Shown here: in pieces, positions 1 through 13,619 of the stretch
Position numbering within the stretch: position 1 is the stretch's first letter
Layout: the number at the start of each line of letters is the position of its first letter
NCBI GenBank assembly: GCA_951406725.2
Contig: OX597818.1
Span: 69,750,001-69,814,000 of the forward strand
Direction: 5' to 3'
Source of the DNA: Octopus vulgaris
Lineage: Eukaryota
Length of the DNA: 64,000 nucleotides
The notes under the pieces: model-generated
Told to the model about the DNA's origin: nothing
Database searches by the model: none
The model's input: the letters and a program-made list of their open reading frames with translations, nothing else
Made by a program: the position numbers and the translations under genes

Positions 1-72
1 GTTCCATGCAGTGAGACTGAACCAGAACCATGTGGTTGGGAAGCAAGCTTCTTACCACACAGCCAAGCCTGT
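1..72 (-). mobile_element. 5' head of tRNA-derived SINE (family A)
   Basis: Minus strand reads GGCTGTGTGGTAAGAAGCTTGCTTCCCAACCACATGGTTCTGGTTCAGTC (A/B-box-like). Same family as 15516-15897 and 35755-36150. Confidence 0.75.
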
Positions 73-1593
73 TGCTTGTATGTTTGAACTAATCTTAGTA
101 TGTGTAAGTAAGAAAGAGAAAGAGAGACAGACAGACAGACAGAAAAACAGGCAGGCAGACAGACAGAGTCAGAGATCACAATGTTTTAGCAAGTCTAGCT
201 TAATCTTTTGGCTGGACATATTAATGTTAATGCTGGGTTTGAAATAAATCTTATCTATTGACACAATGGAGCAACTATAAAAATATAAGCCCAAAGCCAA
301 TTTAAATCCATTTGGTCTGTGAGTGTGTGTCATTTCATTCTGTCATCATTTTAATGCCTTCAAAAAATTTTGTTGGTTCCAAGAATAATTCATGAGACGT
401 GTGGCAAAAAGTTTACCGTCTTTGGAACTGGAATGAACAAAGTAAGGCTTGAGGAAGTGAGAACATCACAGGTTGTCCAAACAGTGAGAGAGAGAGAGAG
501 AGGGAGAGAATAAAAGGTGAGAAATGGGAAAGAGAGAAGTGAAAAAGAAAAAGAAAAAGAAACAGTGCAAAAAGAGAAATGAGAGAGAAGGAAAGATGAG
601 AAAAGCAAAGCAAGAAAGAGAGAGAAGCGTTCAAAATGGTGAAAAATGAAATGTAGTCCACGGTCACAGAGAAATGGTAACCAAATCTTTGTTAAAGAAC
701 ATTATGTATTGGATAATAACTGAATAAGAGATTGGCTGATCAAAGCTGGAATGTTTTTATTTATAAGCTTGCTCTATCAGGTCTGACTCGGGGCTAAACA
801 GAATTGGTAGATTAATGATGGTTGTCTGTTGGCATGGAATGAGTTGGAAATGGAAGCAAACTAACTGCATATTAGTTTTCCTTGGGGTGAAATGAAATTG
901 CAAATACTAAGCAGAGACTCTGTCTCCAAGCATCTTTCTTCGTCGCTGAGAGAAGAACGCATGCAAAATATTTTAATCTTTCTTTCTCTTTACATTATAC
1001 CCACACACACCCATGCACTTCATTTTCCTTGATCTTTTTATTTAGATATATTTGTTGAAATATATTGTTGTTGCAATAATTAATTTTGAAAACACAGAAG
1101 AAATTATCAAAATAGTTTTGATATTATTAATCTGATGTTTAGAATATAAATTAACATGAACTTTTCAAGAAAGATTTTAATTTACATTAGTTAATCAAAG
1201 AACAATAAGAAGACAGAGAACATGAAATAAAAGCACAAGTTGGAACAGTAAGGCCAGCGTTAAAATCATTCAATATCATGTGAGGCAAAATAATTAGCAG
1301 CATTCCGTCTGTCTTCACATTCTCAGTTCAAATCCCACTGAGGTCTACTTTGTTTTTCATCCCTTCCAGGGTTGATAAATAAGTACCAAATGAGTACTGA
1401 GATCGATTCAATTTCAGAATTACAACTATTAGTGGTTTGAGTTTGGCTGCTCTTTCTAGTGAGTCGAATGTCCTATTATGGCCATTCCTTATATTGTTGA
1501 ATGTATATTATATAGTCTTTGACTATCTTTCCTTTCTCGCTAGACCACTGGTAGCGGAGAATTTTTTCTAGAATTTTTTGCTACCCTTATATT

Positions 1594-1629
<36 letters not shown>

Positions 1630-1631
<2 letters not shown>

Positions 1632-2490
1632 AAAATAAGACTAGGTAGAAAATGCTAAAATAATTTTATCATGAAGAACACTTTAGTACCAGTTTCAGTC
1701 TTAGAGTAAAGCATGAAAAACAATTAAATTGTGGAAAAATTAAATGAAATGTTTTTTAAAAATATTTCCATTGTTTTCAAATGCAAGAGACATTTTCTAT
1801 TTTTCTGCCTGTCTTTGTCTCTCTTTTTTGCTCTTGTGGGTTCTAGGTAGTTAGCAGCAGCTAGTTCCATATGAATTCTTGTCTTTGATTGTTTAAGCAG
1901 CAGTAGTAGTAAAGGAGGTAAAGAAGAAGAAGAAGAAGAAAAAGAAGAAGAAGAATGCAGGAGTGGTATGACAGTAGCAGAATGTTGGTGGAATCCTCTT
2001 AAATGGTCAAGTGACCTAAAAGTAACCCATTGTGGTTGTAATAGTAGTGATTGGAATTGTTCTGAATAAATTCTTGTGAAGTGACTGTTTCGAATATGTC
2101 GTTTTCAATATTTGCGTGGATATTATTCTAAGGCCCTGGTGATAGTGTGATTTGTGGTGGATGCATTCAAAAGGGGTTTATATTTTGTGATAAAGAATGA
2201 CTCTTTACTAATGCAGTGATAACAGGTTGTATTGTCCCTGAATTGAGAGAGGGGAAAAATTCTGAGGCTGGGTTGTTTGTTATCGGTGCAAATGTTGATG
2301 TGTTTGCTAAATTCTATTTTTCTGTTTTACAGAATTTTGAACTGGGATATGTGCAGAGCCATCCTTTGACAGAGACTGTTTTTGGTTTGGCCTATGTATT
2401 GCTCTCAATGCCCAGAGCAGGCTCTCTGAAGCATATGTGAAGTTGCTTTTCACTGTGAATCATTGCCCCTGTTTTAAAGAGAATTCTGAT
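1630..2490 (-). mobile_element. Penelope-like element 3' fragment: degenerate GIY-YIG endonuclease (about 2160-2490) plus downstream non-coding part
   Basis: Minus translation EQYIGQTKNSLCQRMALHISQ...FSKHINIC...KESFFITKYKPLLN matches the PLE GIY-YIG pattern and contains stops. Confidence 0.75.
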
Positions 2491-2605
2491 CCCTCAATAT
2501 ATATATATATATTTATATATATGTATGTATGTATATATACACACATATATATACATATATATGATGTATGTATGTGTGTGTATATATATGTATGTATGGG
2601 AGTGA

Positions 2606-2870
2606 TTGGCTCCTGCACTGGTAGCACATAAAAAGCACCATTCAAGCATGGCCGATGCCACAGCCTGACTGGCCCTCATGCTAGCGGCATGTAAAAAGCA
2701 CCCACTACGCTCTTGGAGTGGTTGGTGTTAGGTGGGGCATCCAGCTGTAGAAACCTTGCCAAATTAGATTGGAGCCTGGCACAGCCTTCTAGCTTGCCAG
2801 CCGTCAGTCAAACCATCCAATCCATGCCAGCATGGAAAGCAGACATTAAACAACGATGATGATGATCGTC
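2606..2870 (+). mobile_element. RTE LINE 3' tail (5'-truncated)
   Basis: GGCAC.TAAAAAGCACC units, GGCATCCAGCTGTAGAAAC, CATGCCAGCATGG and a (GAT)n end, as in the tails at 19.1 kb and 39.0 kb. Confidence 0.8.
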
Positions 2871-4707
2871 ATCATCATTGAAATCTTCAAGCTACAACAT
2901 AATACATAATCAACTGAAAGCAATTTTAGTAGAATAAGCATTACCTTTGACTGAGTAATCTGAGCCATACCAGCCTGTAATGAGGTAACATAGTAGACTT
3001 GAACCAGTACCTTCTCCCAACCAAGAGGCTCAAACATCTAGAGAAGTAACAGACAGAATGGAACACAGTTATTATGTCATTATCTGCCTGTAATACCTGA
3101 CATTACTGACATACACACATGAACACACATACACACACACTTCCACGTATCCACTCACAAATACATACACACGTTGTAGCATTCATTCACACTGTTGTCC
3201 TAAAAAATAAATCCTATCACAAGAGATAATGCCAAAAATTTTAAAAAAAACAATGAAAGAAGTGACAAAGGAGTAATTAAAACGTGATGAACTTAAATTC
3301 TGACATTATAATGGCTAATAAAACAGACTTGTGCAGAAAATGGTCCCATAGTTTTCATAGCCATTGATGTGGAACTTGCAAAGTCAAGGAAGCAGCAAGG
3401 ATGGTAAAGTGTCCGATCTTTATTTTTTAATTTTTTTAACTGTTATGGTTTGTGGTGATGCACATCTGGCATCTGTGGTGGAAACGTTTTATCCAGACTT
3501 GTTATGAGGGCCATAAGTGCAGGAATAAAACCTAGTTAGGGGTTGCAAACCCAGGTCCAAATTATTTCACAAACGAGGTCAATTTTTGCAATATTAATAT
3601 CAAAACAAATGCAAGTATAATAATGGGTCCAAATTTTGGCACAAGGCCAGCATTTTCTTTTTTCTTGTTTGATGGTGAGTGAGTTGATTACATCAATCTC
3701 AGTTCTCAATTGGCAGCTTATTTTATCAACCCCAAAAGGATGAACGGTGAAGTCAACCTCAGTGGAAGTTCAATGTAAAGATGGGTGAAATGCTACCAAG
3801 CATTTCACCCAGCATACTAATGATTTTGCCAGCTTGCTGCCCTAAACACAGGGGGATGATATTATTATATTTGACCATCAGTTAAATCAGATAAATACAA
3901 TCAGAGGAAAGTAATATTTCAAATCAGTCTCAAAATGTTTCTATGTTCATTTATTTTGGCAACGAGGGTTTTCAGGAGAATGTTCAAAGCGTTTTCATTA
4001 CACCTTTCCACCAAAAACGTTTTCAGGGATGCACTTACAACCCTGAAGCCCCTGCTCCTATGGATGTGGGAGGTTGCTTTTTCTTTTCTTTTCCATTGTA
4101 CTCTGTATATAACTTCAGTGAGATCTTAACCATACGGCTTATTCCTCTTGCACTGACAGCAGATAATGCATTATCCCTAGACACAACATCATTTTTAATT
4201 CAACAAATAATGTAGAAATAATTCAGCTGAAGCAATGTAAATGAGTTCAGAAAATGGAAATCAGTAATATCATAAATGGACTTTAAACACAGGAAAATAA
4301 AGGATATCATTAGAGAACAACAAATTTACGCTTCTATAAATATCATAGTGATGGAATATCTCTACAGATTCTCTCCTTGGAGGAAGCAATGTCCTCAAAA
4401 CAATGCTGTTGGTCTCCTCTAAGAACATCAACAAATAAAAGCTAGTTTTGAAATCTCCTTGAAGGAGCAGAGTTTAGACTAATTTGATTCACCAATTCAT
4501 TTTCTCCAATTTTGGTACAAAACCAGTAATTTTGAGGGAAGCAGGCAAATCTATTATAGGGAATCCAATACTAAACCGGTACCCCAAAAAGATGAAAGGT
4601 AAAGTTGACCTCAGCATCATTTGAACTTACATTGTGAAGAGCCAAATGAAATGCTGCCACACATTTTGTCCAGTGCATGAATGGTTCCACCAGCTCCCTA
4701 CCCTTAA

Positions 4708-4926
4708 CCCTTTAGCATTCACATTATTCTGTGGAATGCAATACTTATTTATTTAGATTGTTTTGAATTAATTTTGCATTGTCTCATAGTTTTGAGAGTT
4801 CAGTGATGTGACCCTTTATTTTTAAACAACATTGTGGGTCAGGTGTGATAAGCTGGATGTAGCCAGTTTGAATGTAAAACAATTAAAATATTTGGGTCAT
4901 ACCTGACTATTTTAAATGCTAACGGG
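4708..4926. mobile_element. piggyBac-type MITE
   Basis: TTAA|CCCTTTAGCATT ... AATGCTAACGGG|TTAG: terminal inverted repeats with a TTAA-like target duplication, non-coding. Confidence 0.7.
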
Positions 4927-6198
4927 TTAGTAGCTGTTTCTCACATAAACACAAAACCTGAAATTTTTTAGAGGAGGGAAATGGTCAATGCCATTGGTTC
5001 CAATAATTTGCTCATACATTATTTTATTGACCCTGGAAGGATGAATGGCAAAGGAATTTGGAAAAATACAATCATACTGCAAAAAGCAATGACACAGAAA
5101 GTAATATTTAGGCCGTACATGCTGCAAAGTATTTGAAGGAATATTATTGGAACCAAGAAAGATAAAATGCAAAATGAACCAGAGCAGGAATATAAATGAT
5201 GGTTTCTGATTTAGGTAAAAAGGTCAGCATATTTGAGGGGAGGGTGTTAGTTGATGCCATAAAATTGACTGGCACTTTATTTTATTGATCCCCTCCAAAA
5301 GGATGCATTCTTCCATCATTCTGCTGATTCTGCCAGCAATAAACATGGAATAATGAAAATTTGAACAAGTCACCAGAAAGCTTTAGGTTTGAGGCTTTAG
5401 CATCATGTCTTCTCTTGTCCTGTTTTGTTGTAAGAGATAAGAGCTGATAAATCTTTCAACTTTGTTCAGGGTTACATGTTAGGTTAGTTAGAATTGTTTG
5501 ATTCAGGGCAATATAAAGAGAGAAATAAAGTTTAATTGATAGGAACTGAAAGACCAATAATATTAAATATCATACTATTAAGTTTATCACCATAATTCTA
5601 TAAAATATATTTAATATTCTATTTCTCACGTTTAAATGCCATACATGAACCAAATTAAATTTGAAAGAGGAGAGAGTAAATGCTAAGTTGCAGGGTTTTA
5701 GATTTTCTCTGTGACCTCATAGATTTAATTGAAGTGAATTAGGTCCAACTGATCTTTCAGTGGACTTCAATCGCTGAGAGAATAACAACAATGAGAAATG
5801 CATAGAGAGGCAGAAAATGTCTTCGTTATCAAAGGGAACAGTTGAGATTATTTGATGTTAATGCCTCTCTCAAGAGAATTAACACCATATTTGTTGCCAA
5901 ACAGCTACAAGGAATAACCAGGTTGAGAAAGCAGTGAAATAAAATAAAGCTGCAACTGATTTGATAAATCCAAGAAACTGAAATTGTCATTATTAGCAGC
6001 AGATTCATGATGGATAACAACAAACGTAATATTATGAGAGAGAAATATTCCTGACTTTCCATGGACCTTATATTTAAAGGCTGTTACAAGCCAACTAGCT
6101 CATTCACTTGATGTATAAATGGTTCTTAGCTACAATCAGCCCCTGCTGACAGCTATTTATACATACCTACAAACACACACACATACACATATAGTATT

Positions 6199-6241
6199 TC
6201 CCACTGAGGAAGGCTAAAAAGCCAGAAATGCATATCTGGGA
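6199..6241 (+). ncRNA. Minimal type I hammerhead ribozyme motif
   Basis: TCCCA-CTGAGGA-A-GGCT-AAAA-AGCC-A-GAAA-TGCAT-ATC-TGGGA. Stem I TCCCA/TGGGA, CUGANGA and GAAA core, stem II GGCT/AGCC, AUC cleavage triplet. Confidence 0.7.
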
Positions 6242-6507
6242 TTCTGCTCGACGGTATGGGCGTTTCTGTATCTTTTACCATAGGAGAGAATTTTTACTCC
6301 ATGGTACTTACAGTGAATTTACCTTTAGAAGTTGAAGTATGTCACAAACATATTTGAACTAACCTAAAGTTCATTTATATAGAGAGAAGCCTTAAAGCTA
6401 ACAGGTTTTGGGATCTGATGATACACTGTAAAGCTAAGTGCTTTATCGATGTGCAACCCAGGATAATCCCATAAACCAGCCTTATCTAACGTCACTTATA
6501 TTATGTA

Positions 6508-7326
6508 TCTATACATATATAAATAGCAGTCTGTTTGTTTGTGTCAACAAATCTTCATGAAACTTTGCATACATGCTAAACCAACATCCAGTTTGTTACT
6601 AGGTTCAATGCAGTTTAATAAAAATCCATAATTGGATGGCTAGAGCCCCTAGAATGGGTCCAGATATTATCCTTCTATTTTCCTTTAATGGCTAAGGGGA
6701 AATTACCCTTTTGTTTTTCTCTTTTGCCCACTGGTCATTTTCCCCTCCATTTATTAGAGAAACAATATCATTAGAGTGACCAGTTGCCAGTGGTTAAGTT
6801 GTATAAATATGTGTGCATTCTATATTACATGGACTTTCTTACAAGAAGTAGTCAAACAAGGTCAGGGATACTATAAATCTAACCCCTGTCTGAAGTCAAT
6901 ATATAAATTTAACGACATTTCATAGACCTACCAAAGATCTTTCATTTAAAACAAAAATGAGTAAAACCTCACCAGGGGTCATGGAGATATCAATGCCACA
7001 ACTTATTTGCAAATTTTACCATTAACATACTGTTTCCATGGCAACCATGCAAAAATTTTTCAAAATATTACATTTCATTTGGTATAAATGAAGTTGAGTA
7101 TGTTTATTTCTTAGTATTTGTACTGTTAATTTGCGTGCTATTACGTAACTGATTTCATGATTTTGGTATTCATAACTTATTGGGATTTCCTAAAAACAAG
7201 ATACAAGGTCCTCTGCAAGATGATTCGGTATTCCCTGTAAATGCACAAAAACCATTTTAAGGGCTATATACCTTGTACTGTTGCTATTGCATTAGCAAAA
7301 CAGTTATTACCGGGTACGTCAGCTAG
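6508..7326 (+). mobile_element. Non-autonomous Helitron-like element
   Basis: Inserted between A and T. Starts TCTATACATATATAAA...GTCTGTTTGTTTG and ends CCGGGTACGTCAGCTAG. No TSD and no ORF. Confidence 0.65.
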
Positions 7327-7340
7327 TATATATACATATA

Positions 7341-7385
<45 letters not shown>

Positions 7386-7430
7386 ATGTGTGTTTGTGTG
7401 TATATATATATGTGTGTGTGTGTTTGTGTG

Positions 7431-7463
<33 letters not shown>

Positions 7464-7890
7464 ATGTATACCATAACTGAGCATAATTTATGATTATACT
7501 CGTTGAGTAGTGTGAAGGAGTCATGTTTTGATTAGGCCAGATAGACTCAGTTGAGCTTTTGTGAGTCTAATTAATATGCTAGATTTGGCTGAACCATTCC
7601 TGTTTAGTTCCACCTCACCATGACTGACTGCTATATGGCCATTGCTTTTTTAATACTGATTGATGAAGTGACTGCTTACAGAAGCAGAAGAGAGGGAGCT
7701 ATGGAATCTCGGAACTCATATTTCTTTGATAGAGACCATTAGAGATTCATTCTTCCCTTTTTTATTACTTCATTTTAGACATGCTATAATACTGAGTAAT
7801 TTCTATCTGTTGAGCAATTTTAATGAGTAACACATCACTCAGATGAGTTGAAATGCACTGTTTTGAATATTCTTTTGGCAAATGTTATGG

Positions 7891-7954
<64 letters not shown>

Positions 7955-9587
7955 ACACACACACACACATGCAAGCAGTCAGTTTAGTTTCTGGCTGAGT
8001 GAACTCAATTTTTTAAATTCTACTTCCAGTATTGAGTACATTTTTTCTTACATTTATTATCTTCAATGCAACATATCAAACACACACATATATATTCGTA
8101 AGTATACACATTCACGTACAAGCATCTATGTGTCCATACATATGCAAACAAGCATCTTTGCTTTGCTCTCTGCCTCTCACTTCATTATTTTTCGTTTTTA
8201 AGGGGCAGGTTTGGGTGTGGCTGCATATTTGTAAATTTTATTAACCAATTTATGTGTCTATCTTCTATTCACATAATCAGTTTTACTTTTCTTACATTAA
8301 AAGTTAACTCTGCTTATCATTACTTTCTCTTTCGCTGAATTTACTTTATTCCATTTAATTCTCTTCCATGTGACTTTCTTTTTTCTCTCTCTGGGCATTT
8401 CTTTCTTCCATTTGCCTCCATGCAACAAATAAAAACAAACAGCATATATATATAAGAACATTAACACCATCATCAACAACATGTAAAATCGAATCAGCAA
8501 CAACAACAACAAAAATCTTGGTTGTGTTTATTTTATTCTTGCATATAATTTAGTTTGGAAATTTTCAAGCTTAGCTGCACATTCGTTTTGTCCATTCCAT
8601 TAAGTTTTTGTCAGACATTTTTGTTCTGTATATTTTTCACTCTCTTCTTCTGCGCCGAGTGTATATTTTCTCTAAGCTATAAAATTATATAAAAGCATTT
8701 ATTTTTAACTCTACTGAAGTAAATACATATTTTTCAACCAATAATACATTTTAACGAATTGATTTCGTTTCCTTTAATATAGCTTTCGCTCTCCATTAAT
8801 AATGTAAGAAATGACTGTACTTTTCGTGCATTAGTCCACGAAACCCAGCAGACAGACATATCTTCGTTGTGATTGCTAACAATAGAATACACATGAACAG
8901 AAAAGTTTTATGCAGCTAGAATACTCCGATTTTACATTTGATGAGACTGATTAATTAGTTGGCATTGTTAAGTGTTTATAAAATCTGTAATGAGTAAAAG
9001 AAGGCCAATAGTTCGTTCTCAACATAGAATATTCTGTTGTTTTTTTTTGTTCTTTGTTTTTACTTTTATTTTGTTATTTAGTTTTGTTAATCTGTTTTTA
9101 GAAAAGTTACATCTTAGCTTCTCATAATGATCCTTCAAGTCATTAGATTCTAACAACTCTGTATTGTGATTACAGTCATTATTATTGGGAAGGGGAAGGG
9201 GAGGAAGGGGGAGGAGGAATTTCTCTCCAGAGTCTCTTTACTTTTAATGGGTTACTTCGCTGTCAATGCTTTTAAATTGATTCATGTATATGAATGTGTG
9301 TGTGTGTATAGATGCGTATGCATGTGTGTGTGTATATATATGTATTCATATGCACATCTATATATATAAATGCATATAAAGATATACATTGACAGATACA
9401 TGAATAAACATACATATACATCTATATATATATGTATATGTGTATATGTGGACATGTATACAATCAGTATGTGTATATATGTAACTGTGCATAACTATTT
9501 ATACATAGACAGGTGGATATACATGCATATGTATATGCAGGTATATGTATGTACATACATATATAAATATATATACACATGGCACAC

Positions 9588-9715
9588 ACTGGCACACACA
9601 TATATATATACTTACATATATATACACTTACACATATATACATTGGCACACATATATACACTGGCACACACATATATATATACTTACATATATATACACT
9701 TACACATATATACAT
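9588..9715. repeat. Local duplication of a ~55-bp cryptic (CA/TA) unit
   Basis: CTGGCACACACATATATATATACTTACATATATATACACTTACACATATATACATT occurs twice. Confidence 0.8.
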
Positions 9716-10853
9716 TCTTGCATACAAAACACATGTGTGCACACACAAACATTTTACATAAGAATTTGAATTATGTGTGTTAAGCACAACACGTTCTGAA
9801 GCATAACACTACATTATAGATGTGGTGACTCAATAACAATAAGCCAAGATATTTGTATGTGTTGTTATTGTAAAACGTAACAATATACAGCTACAACAAT
9901 AAGCCACAACAACAAGCTCTGATATTAATAGCTGTGACGTTAGTCTAAATGACAATTATGCAACAAATCTGAGACTTTAAAACTCAGAATAATTAGTTGG
10001 AATAACCTCGTGTAAAAATACTTTAGTGTGGGTTTTCATCGTTACTTCGTTGTTGGTTGCACACAGAATTAGGAAGGCTGCATGTGAAGGTAAAACTACA
10101 TTAATATCTATTTGCATTTTCATATATATTCATTAACACAAAGCATTTATATTTACCTGTAAACAAATATTTGATTGAATGGAACAATATCCATGCAATA
10201 ACAAATGGAACAGTGATAAGTTTACTGAATTACAAAATGCTAGATAATATGATGAAAGTAGATTATAGTTATTGAAGACAAGTCAAAGAAAAAAATGGTA
10301 AAAACTGCTGCCTGTAAGTAATGTGTGCCTGACTTGACACTATTCGATGCCCAAACTTTCTGTCAAACATGACACAAGCTTGCTAAATAAGGTTCTCAAA
10401 TTTTACCACAAGGCCAGCAGCTTTTGGGGAAGGGTAAGTCAATTATATTGACCCCAGTATTCAATGGGTGCTTATATCAACCCCAAAAGAATGACAGGCA
10501 AAGGCAATCCTGGTGGGATTTGATCTCAGAATGTAAAGATGGGAGCTTGCTAAATAAGGAAAAGTAGAAGTAGGTGTGAGACCATTGCATTAAACAAATT
10601 GACAGAGCTCCTTATGGACTTATCTACTATGTCTCTGGTCCAGTGTTTAAATTCCTTTCCTTTTATAAGTGCAAGCAAAACTCTCTGGAACTTATTTTTG
10701 ATCAAGCTATTTAGTGAAGAAACTAATACACTTCTTAGGAAGTTTCCAGCTTCAATAGTTACAAATCAGCCAATACTGGGACCGGTCAAGCCATATTCGT
10801 GTACGCAATGAATGCATTTTATGGTGACACAATTTTTCCCATCTGACTCTTAC

Positions 10854-10897
10854 CTTTTCACGGAAGTATAGTCGGCCATGCTCCGGAACTGGAGAAT
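10854..10897 (-). other. Candidate 44-nt exon (unverified)
   Basis: ctttcag|ATTCTCC...GAAAAG|gtaaga. CpG-retaining and open as (D)SPVPEHGRLYFREK. Product not recognised. Confidence 0.25.
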
Positions 10898-11423
10898 CTG
10901 AAAGTGATGGTTCAAAATTCAGCAAGCCATGCTAGAGAACCTACTTTCTGAGACAAATCTTGTTTACTTGAACCAAATTCATTATCTGCTTTGTCATCCA
11001 GCTTTAACAAGAGACAACAATCATCATTTAATATTTCCTCACAGTTATAATGTTTTAACACATCAAAATGAAATAAATGAAAAATCATGTTGTTGTACAT
11101 GTTGTTGTACATGTCAATATTCAGTTAAAACTAATCACAGAGAATTTGAGTGGTCGCAAAGGAAATTTACTCAGGATTATTTTTTGATAGAAATGAAGCA
11201 TCTGTGAGTTGGCTGCAACACATTCCAACCATTTTCATTTGAGGCATAATATCAGAAATGCTCAGTAAAAGGGTAACAGTAAGAAGATTCAGAGTTGTGA
11301 ACAAAAGTCATGAGTTCAAATCCTGAACCAGACTGCCTGATATGCCTATGAATAATGTCTCATTTCACAGTTCTCAGTTTAATTCACTGAAAAATAGTTC
11401 CAACCATCTACTGGCACAGGTCT

Positions 11424-11480
<57 letters not shown>

Positions 11481-11489
11481 CTTCTGAGA

Positions 11490-12162
11490 CATAAGTCTTT
11501 AATTTGTTGTTTGTGCATTCTCACACACCTGGTTAAATTTGATCCTGGTTCCCATTGCTCTGTGGACAGGTGACACAGTGGATGAGAGTTTTGGTTTGGA
11601 AATTCATGTTTTCGTTCCCCTTCAGTTCCTTCCCATTCTTGAATCTTTTTCTTGCTCATTTATTTCACCCATTCTGCAACAAGGATTTCCACAATTTGTT
11701 ACCCACATTATTACTTTTTGTGATGGGAATCTTGCCTTTGTTTGGAGACTTTTGAGATTCTGTGGTGGTTTGTGGCTGCTGGTTATTTGTAGTTCTTTAA
11801 TTATCTGTCAGAGATTCAATGTTTGATGTAGAATTTGGAGATGGCATTTGGTTGAATACAAGATGTCATGGACCTTAAGGGTTAGGGGTGACTACAAATG
11901 AAATATTTACATTTGTGTTTTTTGTTTTCACTCTCAGTGCGTTTCTCCATAAGATGAATATTAGAATTTCTCTTACTTTCATTCTGGCCTGATTTATTAA
12001 ATTTTGGGGATATTTTTGTTTCTGAAGCAACATATTTAGTTCAACCAATCGCTTCTATCATCGATTTGTGTCTGTAACTATTGAACATGTATGTCTTGCC
12101 ATATTGAATGGTATGTTCCTTTTTGTGTGGGATGAGCAGCAAGATCTAAAATCTAAATATTG

Positions 12163-12193
<31 letters not shown>

Positions 12194-12520
12194 TATCTTG
12201 TACTAGAGCTCTGTTATAACTGTCTAATTTTCTTTAATTAACAGAATGTCCAGGAAAGGAAGTCAACTTTCATTCACTCCCATGGTAGACTGGATTGATT
12301 TATGAATGCAATTTATTAATTTAAGGAATGTCAGAAGGTCCTCTTTACTTTCGTTCCTAAATATAAAGCAGTCATCCGGAATCATTTCCTATTAAATAAG
12401 ATTGGAAATGTTGATCAAAAGTAATTCCAGACAGGGAAGAGATTTTTTTTCCTTTCAGGAATCCCATTACAAGTGTTGCAAATGTTGGTGGGACTTTCAA
12501 TCCATTATGTGTTAGTGTAC
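11490..12520 (-). mobile_element. Penelope-like element remnant: RT core/thumb through start of GIY-YIG, interrupted by (TG)n
   Basis: Minus translation KVPPTFATLVMGFL..., YLDFRSCCSSHTKRNIPFNMARHTCSIVTD..KRLVELNMLLQKQKYPQNLI, ...LTRCVRMHKQQIK. Many stops and frameshifts. Confidence 0.8.
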
Positions 12521-12759
12521 ATGCAGGTGTATGTGTGTAAATATACATACATAGGCATATATATGGGTATATATATATATCATAAACACATGGACATAAG
12601 TACATTCTGTAAAGTAATTGGTATGAGGAAAATCATCCAGCCATAGAAAGCCTGCCAAAACAAACACTGGAGTTTTGGTCTGGTCTTCTTAGCCCATGAG
12701 GCCCTGTCAAACCATCCCATTTATGTCAGCAGGGAAAACAGACATTAAATGATGATGAT

Positions 12760-12960
12760 TATATATGTGTGTGTCCATATATATATATATATACGTCAGC
12801 ATGTATGTATGTACATATGTATGTATGTACGTATGTATGTATGTATGTATGTATGTATGTATGTATGTGTGTATGTACATATGTATGTATGTATATGTAT
12901 GTATGTATGTATGTATATGCATGTTATGTATGTATGTATGTATGTATGTATGTATGTATG

Positions 12961-12999
<39 letters not shown>

Positions 13000-13160
13000 A
13001 TGGATGGATGTATATATATGTATATATACATGCACATATAAACATATGTGTGTGTGTATATGCATGTGCTCATATATATATATACATGCACATGCATACA
13101 CCCACACACACACACGAACACACACATATATATAGATATATACATACATATATATCTGAT
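12760..13160. repeat. Compound (TATG)n/(TA)n/(CA)n microsatellite
   Basis: Directly visible; source of the spurious YVCM/HTYI ORFs. Confidence 0.95.
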
Positions 13161-13501
13161 CTCTGCATGCATGGAAACTTATGCAGAATGATAAGGGGAC
13201 GAGGAAGGGGATATATACACACGCACAAATACACACTAAAAGTGTCACACACGCATGCATGTATGCATGCACACACACACACATTACGCATAACCGTGAA
13301 CACTTTTTTTTCCTCCTTTGTTCTGTTCAATCTTCAAAAATATCTTCACCAGACCACTTTTCAGCCAATAAGCTATTTCCTAAAATTAAAATCATAACGT
13401 AGCGTTTATATCTCTTTATGGAAATTAACAATACCTGTGACACGTGATAAGTCCATTTTAGTAGTGATTTCTTTTAACTGTGTTACTAATTCTACCTGTA
13501 G

Positions 13502-13619
13502 ACTATCTCAACAACACCAGAGGGCTTGGCAGCTTGCCCGGCTTTTATCTCCTTGGATAGACTTATTTACAGACACTGCTGTGATCTATCGAGCTTGCAT
13601 CTCAACCAACTCAAACTAG
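13502..13619 (+). other. Candidate 118-nt internal exon (unverified)
   Basis: Branch-like TACTAAT, acceptor tctacctgtag|, donor AG|gttagc. Phase-0 frame open: TISTTPEGLAACPAFISLDRLIYRHCCDLSSLHLNQLKL. Confidence 0.3.

Noticed and set aside
12707-13397. Long ORFs of YIYI/VCVC/HTHT type (also at 7.3, 9.4, 22.2, 32.6, 37.2, 38.7, 49 and 56.6 kb)
   Set aside because: Translations of (TA)n/(CA)n/(TATG)n microsatellites, which lack stop codons; not genes.
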